Shown piece by piece: positions 8,172 to 13,030 of a stretch of DNA of 13,030 nt (position 1 is the first letter of the stretch; every line of letters starts with the position of its first letter). The position numbers and the translations under genes are program-made. The notes under the pieces were generated by a model that worked only from the letters and a program-made list of their open reading frames with translations, did not search any database and was not told where the DNA came from. The DNA is from Fibrobacterota bacterium (lineage in GTDB: Bacteria > Fibrobacterota > Fibrobacteria > UBA11236): the NCBI GenBank assembly GCA_043753995.1, contig JAYUVP010000025.1:1-13030 (forward strand), in the 5' to 3' direction.

Positions 8172-8421
8172 GGTGGGTCGGAACGGCAACCTCTTTTATG
8201 GCTGGGGGAGGGTGGAACTTTTCTGGTGCTACCGGCCACCCTCCCCCTCGGCCGAGCCTCCGCGTTGCACTTGCGGGGTCTCGACCTACCCCCACCTGCC
8301 CCGAAGGGGCACCTCCCTTGCGAAAGCCGGAACCGTGGCCAAGCGAAAGCATGGATTGGCCGGAGTACCCGGATTAGCGGGGATACCGGTTAACAGGTAA
8401 GATACCCTGGTGGGGCAGGGT
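8172..8421. repeat. Cluster of nested inverted repeats (REP/REPIN-like element or structured RNA)
   Basis: GGGGGAGGGTGG 8204-8215 / CCACCCTCCCCC 8236-8247; CTCGGCCGAG 8247-8256; TGCCCC-GAA-GGGGCA 8297-8311; GGCCAA/TTGGCC 8337-8361; CCCG/CGGG stem within 8360-8389; ACCCTG/CAGGGT 8404-8421. Confidence 0.7.
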
Positions 8422-8471
8422 TGGTTTCTATCAAATGGGTGGGAGTGATGGATGGGAAAAAGAGGTTTGAA

Positions 8472-10367
8472 TTACCGATGCACTTTTTTCGTTCCCGCTG
8501 ACTCGCCCGACGCGAGGGGCGTAATCCTCATCAAATGAAAGGCTTCCTGTTCGAACCCGCGTATGGGAGTGTGGATTTCCTCGATCCGTAATTCCGCGCC
8601 ATGGGCATGGAGCCAAGCGGCGGTTTCCGGATCGCGGCCCGCATCCCGCGTCACCACAAGATCCCCGCCTTCGGAAAAACCCAGCAGGCGGGCGGACAGG
8701 TTGAGGGTGGAACCGAAATAATCTAGGCGATCGTTCTGGTTCACGGCGATGCAAGATCCGCAGTGCACTCCGGTTTTCAGGATCAACAGGGGTTGCGATT
8801 CCCGTAGGCGACCATGGGATTCCAGTGCCGCGCGGACCGCGGACTGCGGCCTGGGGAACACGGCCATCACTGCGTCGCCGATGGTCTTGACCACGGCCCC
8901 GCCTTCTTCCGCGATAACGGATTTGAGGATGTCGAAATGCTCCATCACCAGGCCGAAGGCCTTGGCGTCGCCGGCCTCGCGGTAAAGGCGCGTGGACCCG
9001 CGCAGATCCGTGAAGAGGAAAGCCAGGCTGCCTACGGAAATCTCCTCGCCGGGCCGCAGGGCCTCGTCGGCGAAAAGATCCCGGAAGCTTTGCAGGGCGG
9101 TGACTTCTGCGGCCGTCGCCGCGTCGTCGGCCCAGGCATTGCGTTCCAATACGAATACCATGGTGCGCCCGGTGGGGTTGGCCAGGGACAGGCGGGGTCG
9201 GGTGCTCCAGGAAGCTTCGCCCTGGGGCCAGCCGGCGGAACGGGGTTCGGCATGGGCATGAGCGTCGCCGTCCCCGGAGGCATGGATGTGCCAGGCCCCT
9301 TCGAAGGAAGGAGAGCGCAGGCGGTAACGTCCCGGTTCCAGGGAAACGTCCACCGTAACGGCCTGACCTGGTTCCAGGGTCTGGCGCAGATGCACGTGGG
9401 GCGTGCGCTGCGGGCTGCCCATGCAATACTCGCCCAGTTCCGGCGATCGGATCGAGCGGTTGGCGGCGAAGGTCACTTCCACGGAACGGTCGAAGGCCGC
9501 GCGGAAATCTATTTGGCAAGCATCGCAATGGATGGGGCCCTTGATGTCCTTGAGATGCGTGGCCGTGAACTTGGGGCCGCGGCAGGATGGGCAAAGCAGA
9601 TCCCAGCGGAAATCGAGTAGGCCGGTGCGGGCCGCCAGCAAGCAGGCTTCCAGGGTCTGGCGGCGTCCAGTGCGCCAGGCGTCGGCCAATACGTAGGGGC
9701 GCATGCGGATCATTTCCGTATCGTCACCTTCCTCCAGGAGCAGGCGTATGCGCGCGGCCAAAGCGGTCTCGGCTCCAGCTTGAAGAAGGTCCTGGAACCG
9801 CGCGGCCAGGCGGGCCTTGCCGGAGGGGGCGAAGGTGCGTTCGGAAGACGGAATGGACCGAACAGGCGCCGACGCGGGTGCCGGCGCAGTGGCGGCGGAC
9901 GAAACGGATGCGGACGGGGCGGGGTCACCGGACGAAGCGGCCAGAGCCGCGCGATCATAGGCGCGGAATACGGCCGAGAATTTCCGCTGGATCGCCAACC
10001 GGAAAGCCAAGTAAAAGAGGGGAGCCAGCAGGGGGTGGCGTGCTTCCACGCGGGTATCGTAACGCAGGCGTGTCCCCCCGGAAAGCAGGGCATGCAGGTG
10101 GATGGAAACCTTCATCTCCTTGAGCGGCCCATTCAGGTAATGGCGCGCCACGCCGACCCGACCCGGGCGCGCCCACTCGAAGGGTTCTTCCCGCCATCTC
10201 ACCGTGTACCCTAACTTGCGGAAGGCGATCCATCGATCGGGGCCTTCGCCTTTCTCGATCAGTTGCGGGATGCCGGTGTCGCGGTTGAACCGATCGGTAT
10301 CCGATACCAGGGGCCATAGGGCTTCCGGGGAAGCCGACAGATCCCATTCCCAGGAAAAGCAGAGCAT
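8472..10367 (-). CDS. Soluble class III adenylate/guanylate cyclase with N-terminal SRPBCC-like and DUF5939-like domains
   Basis: N-terminal ASPEALWPLVSDTDRFNR (SRPBCC-like), Ala/Pro/Ser linker, MRPYVLADAW, CPSC...CDAC. C-terminal FLFTDLRGST, VVKTIGDAVMAVF, GVHCG, LDYFGSTLNLSARL. Lys in KTIGD and Asp in LDYFG point to ATP specificity. Confidence 0.9.
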   Translation of the reverse strand: MLCFSWEWDLSASPEALWPLVSDTDRFNRDTGIPQLIEKGEGPDRWIAFRKLGYTVRWREEPFEWARPGRVGVARHYLNGPLKEMKVSIHLHALLSGGTRLRYDTRVEARHPLLAPLFYLAFRLAIQRKFSAVFRAYDRAALAASSGDPAPSASVSSAATAPAPASAPVRSIPSSERTFAPSGKARLAARFQDLLQAGAETALAARIRLLLEEGDDTEMIRMRPYVLADAWRTGRRQTLEACLLAARTGLLDFRWDLLCPSCRGPKFTATHLKDIKGPIHCDACQIDFRAAFDRSVEVTFAANRSIRSPELGEYCMGSPQRTPHVHLRQTLEPGQAVTVDVSLEPGRYRLRSPSFEGAWHIHASGDGDAHAHAEPRSAGWPQGEASWSTRPRLSLANPTGRTMVFVLERNAWADDAATAAEVTALQSFRDLFADEALRPGEEISVGSLAFLFTDLRGSTRLYREAGDAKAFGLVMEHFDILKSVIAEEGGAVVKTIGDAVMAVFPRPQSAVRAALESHGRLRESQPLLILKTGVHCGSCIAVNQNDRLDYFGSTLNLSARLLGFSEGGDLVVTRDAGRDPETAAWLHAHGAELRIEEIHTPIRGFEQEAFHLMRITPLASGESAGTKKVHR

Positions 10368-10373
10368 GGGTCC

Positions 10374-10379
10374 ATTGTA
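10374..10379 (-). promoter_or_regulatory. Putative -10 TACAAT 6 nt before the cyclase ATG (leaderless-type)
   Basis: Minus strand reads TACAAT-GGACCC-ATG with no SD. Confidence 0.55.
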
Positions 10380-10613
10380 ACGCGCGGCGCCTTAGGCAGG
10401 CATCAGCTAGCACTTAGGAAGCGTTAAATCGCCCCAACAATTTGTGGGGCATGACATGCAGCGCTTTGGCAGTCCAACGTTTTTGGGTTCGGCAATATGG
10501 GGTTTCCGTCTGGACCCATTGGAATATCAGGCATATTGTTCTCCCTGGTTTCGGCCAAACCCTAGAAACATTCGAGGCCGTCCTTATCCCGTAACCCGAG
10601 CGTACGGAGCTAG

Positions 10614-10619
10614 TAGCTT
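10614..10619 (+). promoter_or_regulatory. Putative -10 TAGCTT 7 nt before the dbpA ATG (leaderless-type)
   Basis: TAGCTT-TCCCCCC-ATG. The nearest GGAG (10606-10609) is 17 nt from the ATG, too far for a normal SD. Confidence 0.45.
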
Positions 10620-10626
10620 TCCCCCC

Positions 10627-12009
10627 ATGTCCTCACTCTCTTTCTCACGCCTGAACCTGCCCGCCCCTCAACTGGAAAACCTGGAAAGCCTGGGGTATAG
10701 GGCCATGACTCCTGTCCAAGCGGAAGCCCTTCCCATTGCCTTGGCGGGCCGCGATCTGCTCGCGCAGGCTTCCACCGGCAGTGGCAAGACCGCTACCTTC
10801 GCCATTCCTTTGCTGCAAAAGCTCGCTGTACAGGAAACCGCCACCCAAGCGCTCATCCTCTGCCCCACCCGGGAATTGTCACTTCAAATCTCTCAGGAGT
10901 TACGCAAGCTGGCGCGCTATCTGGGCAATGTGAAAGTGGTCGCGCTTTACGGCGGTCAGGCCATGGATTTGCAAAAGACCGCGCTTCGCAACGGCGCGCA
11001 TATCCTGGTGGGAACGCCGGGCCGCATCCTCGATCATCTTGCGAAGGAAACCCTTGCCTTGAGCACCGTGCGCACCTTGGTGCTGGATGAAGCGGATCGC
11101 ATGCTGGACATGGGTTTTCTGGGAGACATCACGAAAATTATTTCCGGCTTGCCGCGCGAGCGCCAGACCTTGCTTTTCTCCGCCACCTTTCCGGAAGATA
11201 TCCGCGTCTTGAGCGATCGCTTCCAACGCAGTCCCGCGAATGTGCATATCGAATCCGACCCGTCGGATTCCGGCATCGTTCAAAAGTTCATCGTTTGCGA
11301 AAAAGAAAAAAAGCTGGAGGCCATCGCCTCTTTGCTATCGAGCCGGCAACCCGAAAGCGCCCTCGTCTTCTGCAATACCAAGATCGCGGCCCGGGAAGTC
11401 TTCCAGCACCTGTACGATCTGGGTTTCGCCGCGGCCGCCTTGCATGGCGATCTGGAACAACGGGACCGGGAGCAAACCCTGATGCGTTTCAGGCATGGCA
11501 GTTGTCGTGTATTGGTGGCGACGGATGTGGCTGCGCGCGGGTTGGACATCGAGAATCTGGTGGCGGTGATCAATTTCGAAGTGCCGCATGACATGGAAAC
11601 TTATGTGCATCGCATCGGCCGTACCGGGCGAGCGGGGAATTCCGGCTATGCGTTCACTTTGGCTCTGCCCACCGAGCAGCATAAGATTATGACCGCGCGC
11701 GCCTTTCTAGGTTTCGAAGTGCCCTCCGAGCCCTTGGAATGGGATGATGCAGACGCACGTGAGCCGTTGACTTCGGATCTGGCCACCCTGTGCATTGCAG
11801 CGGGCCGCAAGGACAAGCTGCGGGCCGGTGATATCCTCGGTGCCTTGACCGGCGCGGACGGGCTGGAAGGCAAGGCCGTCGGCAAGATCGACGTGATGGA
11901 TTACCAGGCCTACGTTTCAGTGAATATCAAGTTCGCGAAGAAGGCACTGGCTCGCTTGACCGAGAACAAGATCAAGGGGACACGCTTCAAGGTGCGGCTA
12001 CTAGGATAG
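10627..12009 (+). CDS. dbpA: ATP-dependent DEAD-box RNA helicase DbpA
   Basis: Q motif GYRAMTPVQ, ASTGSGKT, PTREL, TPGRI, DEAD, SAT, HGDLEQ, ARGLD, HRIGRTGRAG, plus the DbpA C-terminal RNA-binding domain GRKDKLRAGDILGALTG...GKIDV. Start set at ATG 10627 (MSSLSFSRL). Confidence 0.95.
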   Translation: MSSLSFSRLNLPAPQLENLESLGYRAMTPVQAEALPIALAGRDLLAQASTGSGKTATFAIPLLQKLAVQETATQALILCPTRELSLQISQELRKLARYLGNVKVVALYGGQAMDLQKTALRNGAHILVGTPGRILDHLAKETLALSTVRTLVLDEADRMLDMGFLGDITKIISGLPRERQTLLFSATFPEDIRVLSDRFQRSPANVHIESDPSDSGIVQKFIVCEKEKKLEAIASLLSSRQPESALVFCNTKIAAREVFQHLYDLGFAAAALHGDLEQRDREQTLMRFRHGSCRVLVATDVAARGLDIENLVAVINFEVPHDMETYVHRIGRTGRAGNSGYAFTLALPTEQHKIMTARAFLGFEVPSEPLEWDDADAREPLTSDLATLCIAAGRKDKLRAGDILGALTGADGLEGKAVGKIDVMDYQAYVSVNIKFAKKALARLTENKIKGTRFKVRLLG

Positions 12010-12014
12010 GTGCG

Positions 12015-12668
12015 ATGGCGAAAATCAGGATATTGCTCATCGAGGACAACCGCCTTTTGCGAGAAGGCATCATGGCCATGTTGGAAAAGCGAGGCGATTT
12101 CTCCGTCTCGGCCGTATCCGATGGGCGCGAAGCCACCCTCACCAAGGTATGCTCAGCGATGCCGGCCTTGGCGCTACTCGATCTCGGCTTGCGCACGCAG
12201 GACAGCGTGGAAGCGGTGGGGACCGTAAAAAAAGTTTTCCCCAGAGTCAGGATAATCGGCATGGGCCTGGTGCCCGATCAATCCGATATCATGGAATTCG
12301 TCCAGGCTGGCGCACACGGGTTCATCCTGAAAAGCGCGACGGTGGAGGAAGTATTGGAAACGATACGCGCCGTAGCCCGGGGAGAAACCGTGCTTCCCAC
12401 CACCATGACCGGATCCTTGTTCTCCCAAGTGGTCGAGCATGCCCTTTCCAAGGGCAAAAGGAATCTCAAGAACGCCACCCGCATGACGAAGCGGGAGAAG
12501 GAAGTCATTGGCGGCATCGTGGAAGGCATGAGCAATAAGCAAATCGCCGAGAGGCTCGGCATAGCCACCTTCACGGTCAAAAGCCATGTCTACAACATCA
12601 TGGAAAAACTGGCCCTGCACAGCCGCCTGCAAATCGCGAGGCATGCCTCGGGAGAGGCCGAGGCTTAA
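12015..12668 (+). CDS. NarL/FixJ-family response regulator (REC + LuxR HTH)
   Basis: IRILLIEDN, LALLDLGL (phospho-acceptor Asp), GAHGFILKS, and HTH MTKREKEV...GMSNKQIAERLGIATFTVKSHVYNIMEKL. Confidence 0.93.
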   Translation: MAKIRILLIEDNRLLREGIMAMLEKRGDFSVSAVSDGREATLTKVCSAMPALALLDLGLRTQDSVEAVGTVKKVFPRVRIIGMGLVPDQSDIMEFVQAGAHGFILKSATVEEVLETIRAVARGETVLPTTMTGSLFSQVVEHALSKGKRNLKNATRMTKREKEVIGGIVEGMSNKQIAERLGIATFTVKSHVYNIMEKLALHSRLQIARHASGEAEA

Positions 12669-12671
12669 AGG

Positions 12672-12691
12672 AAAAGGCTTAATCCTTTTTT
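12672..12691 (+). terminator. Weak hairpin with T-run after the response regulator
   Basis: AAAAGG-CTTAAT-CCTTTT-TT. The stem is AT-rich, so this is a weak terminator at best. Confidence 0.25.
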
Positions 12692-12706
12692 CATTCCTTT
12701 GGACGA

Positions 12707-12736
12707 TTCACTTCTCAATCCGGCGCGCCCTATAAT
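12707..12736 (+). promoter_or_regulatory. Sigma70-type promoter upstream of the ice-binding protein gene
   Basis: TTCACT (12707-12712), an 18-nt spacer, then perfect TATAAT (12731-12736). SD GGAG at 12802-12805. Confidence 0.6.
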
Positions 12737-12810
12737 TGGGAATTGATAGTGCCAGCGATCCATGTCGCATGGCCTAGCCTTTCTTATCAATCCCAAATCC
12801 CGGAGTTTTC

Positions 12811-13030
12811 ATGAATGCAACCGATACAGTCGGAAATAATACGGCGCAGGCGCTTCTTCGCTTGCGCGCCGCCTTGCTGGCTGCGTCTGTTATGGCCTCT
12901 ACTGCCCTCGCCGCAACGCAGGCGCCGGTCAACCTGAGGTCCACAGCCGGCTATGCCGTGCTGGCAGGCTCGCTGATTTCCAATATTCCGGGTTCCGCCA
13001 TCACCGGCAATGTCGGCCTGAGTCCGGCCG
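12811..13030 (+). CDS. Secreted ice-binding-family (DUF3494) protein, 5' partial
   Basis: Not in the ORF track because it is open at the window end. My translation: MNATDTVGNNTAQALLRLRAALLAASVMASTALA-ATQAPVNLRSTAGYAVLAGSLISNIPGSAITGNVGLSPA. This is a signal peptide ending A-L-A followed by the DUF3494 start pattern VNLxxxxxYAVLAGS.I.N....ITG.VG.SP. Confidence 0.85.
   Translation, partial: MNATDTVGNNTAQALLRLRAALLAASVMASTALAATQAPVNLRSTAGYAVLAGSLISNIPGSAITGNVGLSPA

Noticed and set aside
7931..8400. Small ORFs crossing the palindromic region (7931-8377, 8085-8393, 8158-8352, 8173-8400)
   Set aside because: Pro/Gly/Arg-rich translations of GC hairpins, partly antisense to cbiZ, with no recognisable domains.
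8172..8421. CRISPR array, tRNA or IS end
   Set aside because: No regularly spaced direct repeats, no cloverleaf or T-arm motif, and no transposase or clear target-site duplication.
8431..9620. Long alternative ORFs 8431-9594 (-, 387 aa) and 8814-9620 (+, 268 aa)
   Set aside because: Off-frame and antisense shadows of the GC-rich cyclase gene. The minus-strand one is Arg/Pro-rich, and neither has recognisable motifs.
8472..10367. Cyclase as a Pycsar/CBASS-type anti-phage enzyme
   Set aside because: No adjacent TIR or transmembrane effector gene, it has ATP-type specificity residues, and the architecture is that of a signalling cyclase.
10444..10626. N-terminal extension of DbpA
   Set aside because: No helicase-like sequence before MSSLSF. 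The Q motif sits at the normal distance from ATG 10627.

Overview
Bacterial (diderm) chromosomal window with about 12 genes. I see no rRNA, tRNA, CRISPR array, transposase or integrase. The left part is a corrinoid (B12) uptake and salvage neighbourhood on the minus strand: cbiZ-cbiB, then a FadL/OmpP1-family outer-membrane barrel followed by a BtuF-like lipoprotein, a FecCD/BtuC permease and an ABC ATPase. A plus-strand SGNH (GNSL) lipoprotein hydrolase sits in the middle of it. No TonB-dependent BtuB and no canonical cobalamin riboswitch are visible. A densely palindromic intergenic region of about 310 bp separates cbiZ from a soluble SRPBCC-DUF5939-like class III adenylate cyclase. The right part is dbpA, an orphan NarL/LuxR response regulator with an atypical receiver, and the start of a secreted DUF3494 ice-binding-family protein that the ORF track misses. 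Three genes (cbiZ, cyclase, dbpA) look leaderless (TAnnnT-N6/7-ATG, no SD). All family calls come from recognising motifs by eye, not from database searches.
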